Positions 12,590 through 25,260 of a DNA stretch of 64,000 bases are shown in pieces. The DNA is taken from positions 18,600,001-18,664,000 of the forward strand of contig NC_135825.1 of the NCBI RefSeq assembly GCF_964213995.1, read 5' to 3'. Every line of letters begins with the position of its first letter. Positions within the stretch are counted from its first letter, which is position 1. Both the position numbers and the translations under genes were made by a program. Under the pieces are notes generated by a model. It was given only the letters and a program-made list of their open reading frames with translations, was not told the origin of the DNA and did no database searches. The DNA comes from Mustelus asterias. Its lineage: Eukaryota.

Positions 12590-13510
12590 TGGGGGAAAGG
12601 AAGGGTATTGGAGCTGTACTCATCTGGACAAGTGGAGAGGTGCACATCCTGACTTGTGCCCTGTGGAAGGTGGACAGCAGATTGGAAGTCAGGAAGTGAG
12701 TTACTCTCCACAGAATTCCCAGCCTCTGACTTGTTCGTGCAGCTACAGGATTTGTGTGGCTGGTCCAGTTAAATTTCTGATCAACGGGAATCCCCAGGAG
12801 GTAGATGGAGATTCAGCAATGGGAATTCCATTGAATTGGAAATATAACCAGGTTCTTTCTTATTGGAGATGGTGAGTGCCTGGTATTTGAGTGGCATGAA
12901 CGTTACCTGTCATTTAAAAGCCCTAATCTGAATGTTCACCGGGTCTTCCTGCATATTGACATGGACTGCTTCTGAGCAATAGGAAACTATGCTGAACAAT
13001 GTACAATCATCAGAGAATATAGATTTCTGACCTTGTGATGGCAGGAAAGTCATTGATGAAGCAGCTGAAGGTGGTTGGACACTACCCCATGGAAATCCTA
13101 CAACTATGACCTAGGACTGAGATGAATGACCTCCAACAACCACAACCATCTTCTTTTGTCTACGTATGACTCCAACACTTGATTCCCATTGACTCCAGTT
13201 CTGCTAGGCTCCCTGATGCCACACTCAGTCAAATGCTGCCTTGGTGTCACCTCATATTTGAGTTTGGCTCTTTTGTCCATGTTTCCAAAAACGCTGTAAC
13301 GAGACTAGGAATTGAGTGGCTCTGACTGAACCCAAGCTGAGTGTCAGTGAACATGTTACTGCTGAGTAGGTGCTGCTTGAGCGCACTGTCGATGACCCCT
13401 TCAATCCCATTGCTAATGATTAAAGGTAGCCTAATGAGGCAGTAATTGGCCAGATTGGATTTGTCCTGCCTTATTTGGATAGAACATACCCAGTCAATTT
13501 TTCACATTGG
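12590..13510 (-). mobile_element. Old LINE RT remnant; paralogue at about 37675-38595
   Basis: Similar to the intron-3 remnant; heavily decayed. Confidence 0.55.
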
Positions 13511-14339
13511 AGGGGGTAAATTCTGTACTGAAAGAGCCTGGCTTGGACTCAGCTATATCAGCAACATTGTCCGAATGTTGTCAGCTCCCAGCCTTTGCAG
13601 CATCACTTCACACATAAAAGAAATACAAGGAAATTGTTTTTTTAAAGAACCAGTGATTTTATTTTGCTGTTTAAACTGCAATTTACATCTTCAGTTGAGA
13701 CAAAGTAGATGTGGTAATTTAATGGTCTTCATCCCACAAAGTAGTGTCACTTCAGTAATTAAACTGAAGACCAGTTACAGCTTCACTGGTGCCCAACGAA
13801 GATTGAGGCAAGCTGGAAAAATAAAGAGTGTTTTAATGTTCTCTTATTGAACAATAATCAGTCGCATTCAAAACAATTTCTATATTAGGTCTATTTTTAA
13901 AATTATAATTATTTTCTTGTTTCCTCGCCTTTCTTCTTCCCCAACAACACATCTTCACCCAACAGAACTGACCAGGACCACACACACACAGAATTCCCCA
14001 ATTCCACAACTAGGCTCTGGAACATATATGGAAAAGCAGCTTGGACTGAAATAAATATCAGTAACCTTGTTTTGTGAAAATATCATTGCAGATGTTTATG
14101 ATGTCAGAGCATTGTCGCGGGGACTGCAACAGTTCAAGATGGCGGCTAATCGAGGGCAATTAAGGATGGGCAATTAAAGCTGGGCAAGACAATGAAACCC
14201 ACATCCAATAAGCCAATAAAAAATCGTATGAAAGTGAGGGCATCCATCCATTTAAACCCAATCAAAACTAGGAAAATGAATTTACATTCATTTGACACAC
14301 ATCATCAAATGTTGTACTTGTACACCCTGTGAGCTGCGG

Positions 14340-14345
14340 TTTATT
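14340..14345 (-). terminator. Probable polyadenylation signal of copy B
   Basis: AATAAA on the minus strand about 155 nt after the stop; conserved in copy C. Confidence 0.6.
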
Positions 14346-14500
14346 AAATTTTACCCATCAGTTTTGAAATTCTAATGAACTAGTACTTCTATTGAAGGCC
14401 ACGCTGGCATTTTACACCACCTCAACATGATTAATTTCCAGAGGAAGGCGACTTTGAATTGTTATTTATGTCCTGAGCAAACTTACCTTCTGATTTCCCA

Positions 14501-17500
14501 TTATGCCCAGTTGCAGCATTTGCAGGAGGCGTCAAAGACTAATCCAGAAGCGCAACTCTCCTGGTAGGTCCTTCCATTGACACATTCATAAAACTTGTTC
14601 TTGTCTTTTGGATCAGGGTAGGTACCACTGGCTTTGCCGGCGCAGAATCCACTTCCGCCACTGCTGCCACCACCACCGCTGCTGCTTCCACCACCACTGC
14701 TGCTTCCACCACCACCGCTGCTTCCACCACCACCACCGCTAGGTGCCTGAGTTGCAGGAACAGCTGGCTTCTGTGTTGTTTTGGAAGGAACACAACCTGG
14801 AATGAAACAAATTACGGAAATTAATTTATTTCTTCAAAATCAGAAGCAAACAAAGATAAACATTGCAAAGTCAAGGGTTGCTGCTGCAATGAAAGACTCC
14901 AGTAGAACTCAATTCCTTATGGTATCAGGAACAAGGTTCTTGGAAATTCTGTTCACTGGGAACTACTGAGGAAACATAGGTTCCTATCTCCCGCCTTATT
15001 AGTTGAAACATTCCCCAACCACTCTAGTAAGTTCCAAGTATAAAGAATCCTGATATTTACCTGTAGAAACTCCAAGTCCAGTGTACAGAGTGTTAATGAG
15101 GGGATATGGTCCTTGGCCGCAGAAAGCACCAGAGAAATCATCCAGAGCAAGATCCCACACCATTGCTCCTCCAATGTTGACCTTTTTCAGCCACGCAATC
15201 TGAAATACATTGCTCACAAATTAATTTCGCAAATCATTGTTTGGGTACAATTTTTACTCCAAATATAACGTGTAAACTCCACACGGACAGTGACTCAAGC
15301 CGGGAATCGAACCCAGATCCCTGACACAGTGAGGCAGCAGTGCTAACCACTGTGTCATCGTGCTGCCCCAAGAAATAAAAATGATGGACAAAACAAATTT
15401 AAAGAGATAATTTCTCCATTTTAAATTAAACTGACTCATTTTGCTCTGTTGTTTCGCTGAACGTTTTGTGTGCGATCAAACTTAGCAGGAATGAATGAGT
15501 CATCTCACTGGAGGTTTTGTGTTATCAATTTTCCTTGGTCTCATCACCTAACTTGAAGCTCAGGATACAAGAACAATATTTGATACTTTCTTTAACAGAA
15601 GTCACGCTCCAACCATCCTCTGTGTAATGTTCCAGTTATTCAACCAATCAATAACATGATTCCAATGCTTATAGTTGCATATTCAAACATATATTGCATC
15701 AAAGCAACAGGTAAAAAAAGGACATCAGCTTCTCAAAGATACCTTATCTTGAAAGCTCTTCACATTGTCATATCCAACCCATTCTCTCCCTTTATAAGCA
15801 TATGGGACCATCTGTGGAGTATTCCATACCACGGTGGCACTCTTCAAAAATGTGCAGATCTGTGAAAAAAGTGAGACATTCCAAATGTCAGTGATCACAA
15901 TGCTTTGCAACATTCTCAATATACATTGACAACCTTTCTCACATCAGGTTTTTGTATTTGTTATCAGCTTCATTTTCTCTGAATTACAATCCTCACATTG
16001 GAGTTCCTGTTGTTTTTTTGCTGTTTAAGACGATCTATTGAATTCAGAAAAAGCAAATGCTGAACAAACCACTTTTCATTAAAAATAATCAATGATTCCT
16101 CGCACCGAATGTTCCCAACATGCGGCACAGGAGGAGCCAAATAAGCATTGGGATTTTACTCATGCACCTGACAAAGGGATTGTTTTCAGAGTTTGTAAGT
16201 AGTGCGAAAGATAGGCACACAAACTGCTAAGGACTGAGTGTAATCTTTTCAGAAAAAACCCTGGGATTTTCGGTGGCGAGGAAGGTTTGGGATGCAAAAG
16301 TTTACGTCTTCCATTTTGCCTTGTGAATTTTCCAAGGTTTACAACAATGGCCAGTCAAGCAACTTCCGATGATGGAGGCTGTGATGTTATGGGCAGAATT
16401 TTCCAGCCATTCACACTGGAAGGCTTTTTTGGGCCCGCTGCAGTGAACGGTAATTTGGCTGAGTGCCAAATCCTCCATCCTTGCTTGCAGTGGCAGCGGG
16501 GTGTGAACGGCCAGTAAGATTGTGCCCTTTGTCTCTGTTAATCAGAGCATGATGATGCACATCTCAGCACCTGTTCCTTGGTACCTAAGCTGAGTGATGC
16601 CATGTGTTGTGATGCTGGCAGGGTCAGGGGATCTTCATACATGGGACAGATGGCCAGAAAGAGGTGTCCTTGGTAAGGATGTCAGAATGCATTTCCTGTC
16701 TTTTAAATGAGGTCATCCCACAAGCATTCATCACTCGAACTGCATCAGGGTCACATATGCTTTACAGTTACATTATTGCTTTTTACTTAGTCTTTCAGAG
16801 GAAGTTTGTATGATTAAGGAAATGCAGATGTACTCATTTGTGGGACATGGGCATCGCTGACTGGCCTGCATATGTTGCGCTTATGTTGTCAGAGTAAATT
16901 CTGAATGTTTTTGGAGGGTAGATGGTGGGGGTTGGGGTCAGCCTGCTTTGGGGGGGTGGCGGAGGGAGGAGGGGGTGGGGAGGGAGAGAAATTGACGTGG
17001 GCAGGGTGTTGGGGCTGGCTGGAGATGTCTGGAAGGAGGCCAGCAATTGGGGCATGGGAGGATCAGAGCGTTGCTGTGATTGAGCTGGCCAATGATCGGG
17101 AGGCTGGCAATGCACACTACTGCACACGCGCCAACCTCCGCTATGACAGATCGGCGCATGCACAGTGGCCCGTTCAGCACTATGTTGCTGGCCTCACCAG
17201 CGGGAATAGGTCCCGCCCCCCGATTCTTATTGAGATTCACGCTAGGGCTCTCTGTGAGTGTGGGAGATTCATTATGAAAATGCCGCTAAAAAAGCCAGCG
17301 GGATTTACTTTTTATGCAAATTCGGCACTTAGAACGTTTTTGGGAGATTCCTGGCGAAGATCTTATGGAATGAAGAAGGTTACTGTTCTCAATACCTCAT
17401 AGTAGGCTAAGAACCCAGCCTGTCTGGTGAACTGTCCAGCTGGACCAGCGCCTGATGCAGGGGCTCCAACTCCATGAGCGGATGATCTCAGTCTGAAGGT

Positions 17501-20500
17501 GTGGCCATATGTAGCAAATCCAGCGTTCAGTTTGTCTGCAGGAGCTCCCATCTTTAACCAGTATTTCATTGCAAAGTTCTACAGAAAAAAAATACATGAA
17601 AGGATCTGCTGGACAGTCTTTGCATCCAAATGGCTGAAGATGTTTACGATTTGGAAATATTAAATGTAACTGGATTCTATTTTCAAACACTTACCACATT
17701 AAACTCAAGATTGATGGTGCTCTTGGAATTTGGGAGAGCATAAAGTGGGCTGTTTTCTCCAGTGGCGTGACTCCAGGGTCCAAAGAAATCATATGTCATC
17801 ACATTGAAAAAGTCCACAATCCTGTGTGAGGAGAGATCTGAGTTACACTGACATCCAGGAGTCTTCGCCCACAATGTGTCTCCAAGCCCTCAAGTGGGGG
17901 TTGATCCCACAATCATCCAATTCAGAGGCAAGTGCTACCACTGAGCCACTGCTAAGACCATTGCATGTTTCTACAGCGTACTAAAATATTTGAGCCTTTT
18001 TTATTTCAACCGATAATCTTGCTCATGCTGTAAAATGGAGTGGTAACCTAATGAAATGTCCTGGTCTGCCTGAAGAACAAAGCAGCAGAATTTATAACAG
18101 ATATCTTTTACATCAAAGCTCAGTTATGGAGAATAGGGCCTTTACCTTCAGGAATCTGAATAAGATGATAAAATCCAAGAACAATAGACTACATAATAAT
18201 TGATGAGGGGGAATCTTAATGCATGGACACCTTTTGCATAACTTAGATATACTTTGAGCAAGCTGTTCTCCTTGTGGGGAGTCCAAAAGTAATGGTCATA
18301 GTTTGAGGATAAAGGGTAAAGTTTTAGGATTGAGGTGAGGAGACATTTCTTCATCCAGAGAGTGGCGAACCTGTGGAATTCACAACCACAGAAAATAGTG
18401 GAGGCCAAAATGTTGTGTGATTTCAAGAAGAAATAGTTCTTGGGCTAAAGTAATCAAGGGATGTGGGGGGAAGATGGGATCAGGTTATTGGATTTGATGA
18501 TAAGCCATGATCAAAAGGAATGGCGGGCCAGGCTCGAAGGGCCAAATGGCCAACTCCTGCTTCAATCTTCTATATTTCTATACATTCTCCTTGTTTCCTC
18601 AACAACGTCTATCCTTCAGTCTTCACTCGAAAAACTTCAGATCATCTTATTGCTTAAGTGGGGTTAATTCATCAGTGAGGTCGTGAAGACCAACCAGGCT
18701 GCAGCTGTCATGCAATCCAAACAATGACACATTGTTGGTGTGTGTCTGCCGACTAAACCTGAAGACATGTTTAAAGGAATCCATCTCGCCACTGACAAGG
18801 CCATTGCTGAGCTCTGTGACTATGTGCAGGCTAAAAAAAGTTAAATCTCATTGTTTCTGAGATCTTGGTGCAGGTTTCTTGGTTGCTGCGTTACGCTGCC
18901 ACAGAGTCTACATTCCAAAATACTTTATCGACTGTGAATATTTTGGGGATACACCAAAGCTGTAAAATTCTAATCCTTTCTTCTATTACTCACATACTTT
19001 TTTCACATTCTGCTGTTCACTGAAACAAAGAAGCATTTGTACAGCTTTCTCAACATTACCCAAGTTGTGAATACAAGATAACTGGGATATTCCCGGTCAA
19101 TATCCAAAATATTAAACTCAAAATCATGCAAGAAGCTGAGCTCAGGCTTTATGAATTTTTGACAAAACACTCAGTCTGCAAATTGATCCCCTCTCTCTTC
19201 ACCTCCCCTTTAATGTGTCCCTCTCTCCTTCACCTTGCCACCTCTGCACCTTTCTCTACCCTCCACAATTACCCTCTCACCCTCACCTTGCTTCAAAAAC
19301 TGGCAGAATTAGATGTAATACTCAATGATTTTCCATCCCTTTGCCAGAATGCAGTTCGACTGGCATCACACGATGAACCAATATTGAAGGCTTAGCTTTG
19401 AGAGTCAACACTGATTATCAATTAGCTGTGCAAAGATTTAAAGACGAGCCCAGTTCTAACCTCACCCGATGACCAGACGTAAGCACTGTGAGTTACAAGC
19501 AGGAATGAGAACAATATTACCAAACAATCTTAGGAACTCTAACATTGCCTCAGCTAGATTCAATCAACTCAATACTAATTGGAGATTGAACCGAGGGCTG
19601 TCTAGATCTGTACGGCTCAGCTGCTAACTGGTTAAACTTGCTAAAATTGTGGGACTAACAGGGATACTCACTGTCCAAGCTGAGGAACCTCATAGCCAGT
19701 ATCAATGTTATTCTTCCCACCAGCAACTGCAAGTGACAGCAGCAGTCTTGGTTTTCCGGTGCTTTTCCCCTCAGCTTCAAAGGCTGCCATCAGTTCCTGA
19801 AAGTTGAAAATGAATAAAGTTTCATTTGGCACAAACAATAAAGAGTTTCAGATGCACAGAAAAGCATTTTCTGGCTTCATAAAATCTCCATGACCATGTG
19901 TCAGACAATAGTCTGCCCGTCCAAGGGTACAGTCAAAGGGAGGATCAAGTTCTAATTGGACTCAAATTAAGACATACAGAATCAAAGCATTAACTCTCTG
20001 GGCACAACCTTCACAGCCACTCATGCCGTGTGCCCATTGCAGCGAGATCGGAGAATTTGGTGCCCAGCCAAATCTCCACTCACTGCAGTGCGATGGGAAA
20101 ATTCCACCAGCATGAACAGCAAAAACATTCTGGCCTCAGTTTCTTTCTCCACAGATGCTGCCAGACCTGCTGAGACTTTCCAGCATTTTCTCGCATTTTT
20201 ATTAAATGGAGTCTAAATGGATCACTGTTATTGCACAGTAGTTGGAACAGACATCTTTTATCACCTTGATTAATGAGGTTGCTATCAAACTAATTTGCTG
20301 TATATAAATTCATAAGTTTCATGTTGGAATATTCCACTTCTATGTTTCACAATTTGTGCAACAGTGCATTTTACATCTGTTTCTATAATAGTTGGTTAGT
20401 TTACATATCAGCACTGATCTAACTAAATGGCCAAACTGCCTGTAAGAGGTCAATGGCCCATGCCTGTCCCTATGTTCCTCATCCTTGATGAGGACGTTGA

Positions 20501-23500
20501 GAGCAAGTTTAAATTTACAAACAGGATTGAAAGATGTGTTATTTTAGCTGGTAGACTAAGCATCCTGTTAAATACATTTGTGCCTACCTGTGCCAGCACG
20601 GTGTAGAGATGCTTGTCACGTGGGGGACTTCCTCTTGAGCCAGGATATTCCCAGTCAATATCCAAACCATCAAAACCGTAACCGCGCAGGAAGCTAATCG
20701 CAGACTTAATGAAAATCTGGCGGTTTCCTGGTGAGGAAACCATGGCGGTGTATCTAGAGGAGAGTAGAATGTTAACCAAGGTCAGAAGAGGTGTAGTTAG
20801 CTCTCAGTAATTGCCAGCTGACCCTTTCAGAATTTCATACCTTTTAAAATTTCAATACATAGCTACAAATGTGTCTTTCTGAAAATGAGGTGCTTTCGTT
20901 TCAGACAGGGATCCTGTTAGTAATATTGTTTGAATTATATTTTATAGAAAGCTCAGCATAGTCATAGTACATAGTACATTCATTCGCAGATAAGATATAT
21001 CGTTGTATAAAACTACACTTATCATTCCAAATTTAGCTCTTTGACCCAGTCTCTTTTACATCATGAGCAATAGGAAAAGAAGCACTCTTCACCCAATAAT
21101 TTTTTTTAAACTTTCAACTTACTTCGCAGTTCCAAAGTTCCAGCCTCCGACGGACAGGAGTGTCTTAAGGTCTTTATTTCTGTTGCAAAATTGAACACAT
21201 TGTACATTTTGAAAAAATGAACCAAGCAAATGCATCATTATTGTCTGAACCTTTCTATTGTTTTCTTCATTTCGTGCTAAATCTTGGTCATGCAGAAATA
21301 CCTCAATGCAGAACATACATTTCACAACATGGTGTGCCATAGGAATGAGAATATGGTTCATGTGGACATGGCCCACAATCAATAAAACCATCTCTTTATT
21401 TTATTCTTTCAAAGGTGTGGCATTTTTGGCAAGGCTAGCATTTGGCAATGCCATTAAATTTACCGGGGGGTGGGGGGGGGGGGGGGGTTAAATTCTCTAT
21501 TGTTGAGATGGACATTCCCTGGCACTTGTGTGACATGAATGCTAATGCCCCTAGTCAGCTTAAAGCCTGAATTTTGACCAGGTCTTGCTGCATATAGACA
21601 TGGACTGCTTCTGTACCTCTGGATTATCGGATATTATTGAATATTGTGCAATTATCAGAGAGCATCTACATTTCTGACCTGACGATGGAGGTCATTACTG
21701 AAGTAGTTCTGATATTGAGGTCAACAATTGGGACTGAGACGATTAACCTCCAACAAGTGTGACCATTTTCCTTTGTGCCAACTATGAATCCAACTAGTGA
21801 ACAGTTTTCACCATGACTCTCACTGACTTCCATTTGCCATGGAACCTTTATGCCACATTCAGTCAAACGCAGAAGTCACTCTCATCTCCTATGTGTGGAC
21901 CAAGGATCAAATGAGGACAGAAGCCAACTGACACAGCTGAAACCCAACCTGAACATCAGTAAGCAGGTTATCATTTTGCGAATGCTGCTTGATAGCACAA
22001 GGACACCTTCCAACATTTTTCCAATCATCGAATGGAGCTTGATGGGGTAGCAATTGGCTGTGTTATATTTGTCCTGCTTTTCTTGGATACAATATACCTC
22101 AGGAATTTTACACCTTGTCAAGTAGCTGCCAGCATTGTAACTGCACTGGAGCAGTTTGGCTAGGGGAGTTTTGGTAATTGCAAATTAACCAGATTTTATT
22201 TAATAAACCTTGCTGGATGACATGCTTATTGTAGCATTGAATGAACATCAACAGCTGAGTCCTGTGAACAATAGTTACCTGGTTGTCCTCTCAGGCAGGA
22301 AAGTACAAAGGGCAAGAGAGGAGCTTAAAAAGGGGAACAGAATCATTTCCTATTGGGCTACAATAATGGGAACTCGTGTCAATTTTGTGAGAATATTTAA
22401 CATGCAATGATTGGTGCTTTTTAGCTGGCTGGAATTATTAAAATGCAAATGCCATCTCACTCACTCTGAGTTACTGAACTGAGTGGAAATTCCAGCTCTC
22501 TCCACAGCCCAGTGTTTCCACACAGATGGAGGTTTGTACACGCTGCACTTTGCATTTACTGCATGTAGCAAGTATAATCTAGCTGCACACGAATTAAAAT
22601 AACTTCTCAGCTCATTCTACCACCTCAAGAGTTTTTGACACGTTGAAAGTATTTTCTTGCTTATATGGCACAACATAGTGATATCATGAACGTGTCAGGC
22701 ATTGTCAGACCCGTTAGGCGTTAACCCACCTCTGCCAATGGGACACAAATCAGCATAACCCAATTTCACCCAAACATCAGCTATCTGAATGGGCCAGTCA
22801 TGTTAAATTGCATATAATTCAGCATAATTTTTCAACGCGCAACAATATATAATAAGGACCAACTACACTTAGCATTGCAAGTACATCCTGGTTATTTATA
22901 GAATAATTATACTTGTTTTTAAGGGCGTTGAATTCGTGGTAGAGTTTCACATCATCCCATGCATAAGTGGCAATTTTATTGCTTCTCATCCCAGCGAAAG
23001 CGTAGATCATATGTGTGCACAAGCAGGGATCCACATTGTGCGGCTTGAACTTCCCCTCTCCTGGTCTGTACTGGGACCAATTTGTAAAGTAACAAACCAG
23101 TCTGTAGGCAGAGCCTGAGAGTGAAGAGAAAGGAAAATCAGCACTGAGCCTCTACTCATTACACATCATTCAAAATAGCTCAAAAAGTACAAAGACTCAC
23201 CCAGTTCCAGGCACGCCAACAAGACCACCACTGTAATAAAGAATATAGGAGAAGTGTTAAAAATGTGATCAAAATATGCTGAAAGGTTTAAGGCATCACA
23301 ACAATCTATTATATGAGTGAATAGGAACCATTAAGAATCCATCCTTGGTCAAACTCTTCTCTGCATCTATTTGCTGCCCTTTGGTGGCATCATCGACAGA
23401 CATGGGGCCAGGATCTACACATCCATTGATAACACCTTTAATTTATCAACACCTTCCCTTTCTCTGCTTCTGTGCTTCAGATTTCTTTGCCCGATTATCA

Positions 23501-24465
23501 GTTTGAGACAAACCATATTTTTTTCCACTTAATCATTGTAAGACTGAATTTATCATCGACAGCCCCCCATGCCCAACTTTACCACCAACTCCTTCTTGTT
23601 CACTGTCTCGGAACAAACCAGATTGCTTGCCAGCCAATTGCCCACTAAAAGCTTTATTGGTCATCTCCAAGCTCAGTGGGATAGAAATTATACTGATCCA
23701 TCACAGAATTGGGACTTGGGCATTAACCCAATCTTTGGGATGAACTGTCGACATCAATTCTGCCTCCACAGCAAGCTCACTCTACAGGAGAAATACATTT
23801 TAGATAATGGGGGTGGGGAAGGGAGCTCATTCCGAAACAATTTTCTGCCTGCCCTTAAGTGAATAAAATGTTCTGGGGCAAATCGCATTGCCATTGCCAA
23901 TGTGGTTGTATGGCATTCATTTTGCCAATTTAACCAGTTAATCCTAGGTAGTTAATTGCTATTGCTGAAAATGCCAGGCAGAGTAATTTCTTACAGTTTT
24001 ACTGCGATCACATCATAGAATTTAACTCTATTTGTTTTCATCAACTTCACCGTAGGTTGAAAACAGAATTGGGAAAACTTGAGAAGTAACAGAGAACGAG
24101 GGTTGCTCACAGTCACAGTTGTACTTTGATGTTATTCAGTGTCACAACATGAATATTCAGATGCATGTTACTGTCAAAGAGAGTTACGTGGAGGAACAGC
24201 AGATAGGAGAATCCAATAGGTTATTCGGAATGCTGTTGTGTTTGATCAAAACATGAACCAGACAACAGGCCACCCAACAGTAAGGCATCTTCAAGTCGCA
24301 CAGCGAGGGATCAATTCATTTATAATTAGGCTTGAATTTGACAAACAAGTCTTCACTTTGTTCTATTCCCTGTTTGAATTCTGAGTTCAAAAAATAAATT
24401 ACAATATCAAAGATAATGAAATGGTACACAACAGGCTTACCTGTTCCAAGTAGAAGCTTTGCCAT
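14501..24465 (-). CDS. CHIA: Acidic chitinase (CHIA-like; signal peptide, GH18 domain, Gly/Ser linker, CBM14), copy B, 488 aa
   Basis: 11 exons: 24465-24441, 23230-23201, 23114-22913, 21179-21123, 20753-20588, 19796-19672, 17821-17695, 17578-17396, 15859-15743, 15199-15061, 14796-14501. Sizes 25/30/202/57/166/125/127/183/117/139/296 sum to 1467 nt, in frame, all GT-AG. Motifs [42 protein letters not shown] and a six-Cys C-terminus ending CKCCNWA*. Colinear with human CHIA as I recall it. Confidence 0.95.
14648..14740 (-). repeat. Coding Gly/Ser repeat (31 codons), linker of copy B
   Basis: Only GGN and AGY codons; imperfect GGTGGTGGTGGAAGCAGC unit. Confidence 0.95.
15270..15370 (-). mobile_element. 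HE1/V-SINE 5' head in intron 9; also at about 40488-40587
   Basis: tRNA-derived head with B box GGTTCGATTCC on the minus strand. Confidence 0.75.
16895..17352. repeat. GC/G-rich interspersed element in intron 8; longer version at about 42115-42660
   Basis: Abrupt CpG- and G-run-rich block in an AT-rich intron; family not assignable from sequence alone. Confidence 0.45.
18210..18582 (+). mobile_element. CR1 3' fragment in intron 6; paralogue at about 43885-44250
   Basis: [28 protein letters not shown] in the copy-C version, plus CR1 3' UTR. Confidence 0.8.
19084..19164 (-). pseudogene. Decayed duplicate of catalytic exon 5 inside intron 6 of copy B
   Basis: Reads [27 protein letters not shown], ungapped against exon 5 [27 protein letters not shown]. 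Confidence 0.75.
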
Positions 24466-24500
24466 CTTGCAGCTGGTGTGTTGTGGGCACCAACACTGCC

Positions 24501-24650
24501 TTTTATACACTGAGTTTATCATTAGTGATAAATAATTCCAAACATCATTAACCTTATCACTGGAAAAGGGTCAGTCACATGGAAAATTAACAGTTCTTAT
24601 TTTATCTTTGTGATATATTTTCAACTTCTCGTGAATAACAACTTATCTCC
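24501..24650 (-). promoter_or_regulatory. Core promoter of copy B: TATA box and GATA-site cluster
   Basis: TATAAAA at 24507-24501; inverted GATA pair 24515-24532; extra TTATC sites near 24554, 24602 and 24643. Confidence 0.7.
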
Positions 24651-25107
24651 TCTACAATGTCATCTAGATTGTCGACCTTCATTGTAACCCCAGATTTGTT
24701 CTTGTGCTAGAAACAGGCTAGGAAATTGATGGGAAGAGTTGAGAGGCCCGTGTTCTTTTAATGTGGAATTAGGAACAAAGAACAAAGAACAAAGAAAAGT
24801 ACAGCGCAGGAACAGGCCCTACGGCCCTCCAAGCCCGTGCCGATCATGATGCCCAAACTGAAAAAAAAACCTTCTGCTCTTATTCAGTCCCTATCCCTCT
24901 ATTTCCTCCATATTCATGCACCCATCCAGATGCCTCTTAAATGTTGCTAACATGCCTGCTTCCACCACCTCCTCTGGCAGCGCATTCCAGGCACCCACCA
25001 CTCTCTGAAAAACTTCCTCTACACATCTCCCTTAAACTTTGAATCTGTCCCCCTTGTAATTGACACTTCCACCCTTGGAAAATGCCTCTGACTATCCACC
25101 CTATCTG

Positions 25108-25260
25108 TTGGAGAACAGATATCCACTCCATCTGACGAAGGAGCTGTGCTCCGAAAGCTTATGGTATTTGCTACCAAATAAACCTGTTGGACTTTAACCT
25201 GGTGTTGTGAGACTTCTTACTGTGCTTACCCCAGTCCAACGCTGGCATCTCCACATGATG
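25108..25260 (+). mobile_element. Penelope-like pLTR fragment
   Basis: Carries a hammerhead core followed by AATAAA. Same family as 4625-4740 and 58240-58390. Replaces about 275 bp of CR1 that is present in copies A and C. Confidence 0.7.
25128..25164 (+). ncRNA. Minimal type I hammerhead ribozyme motif
   Basis: CCAT-CTGACGA-A-GGAGC-TGT-GCTCC-GAA-AGCT-T-ATGG: stem I CCAT/ATGG, CUGANGA box, 5-bp stem II, GAAA box, palindromic AGCU in place of stem III. Confidence 0.7.
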
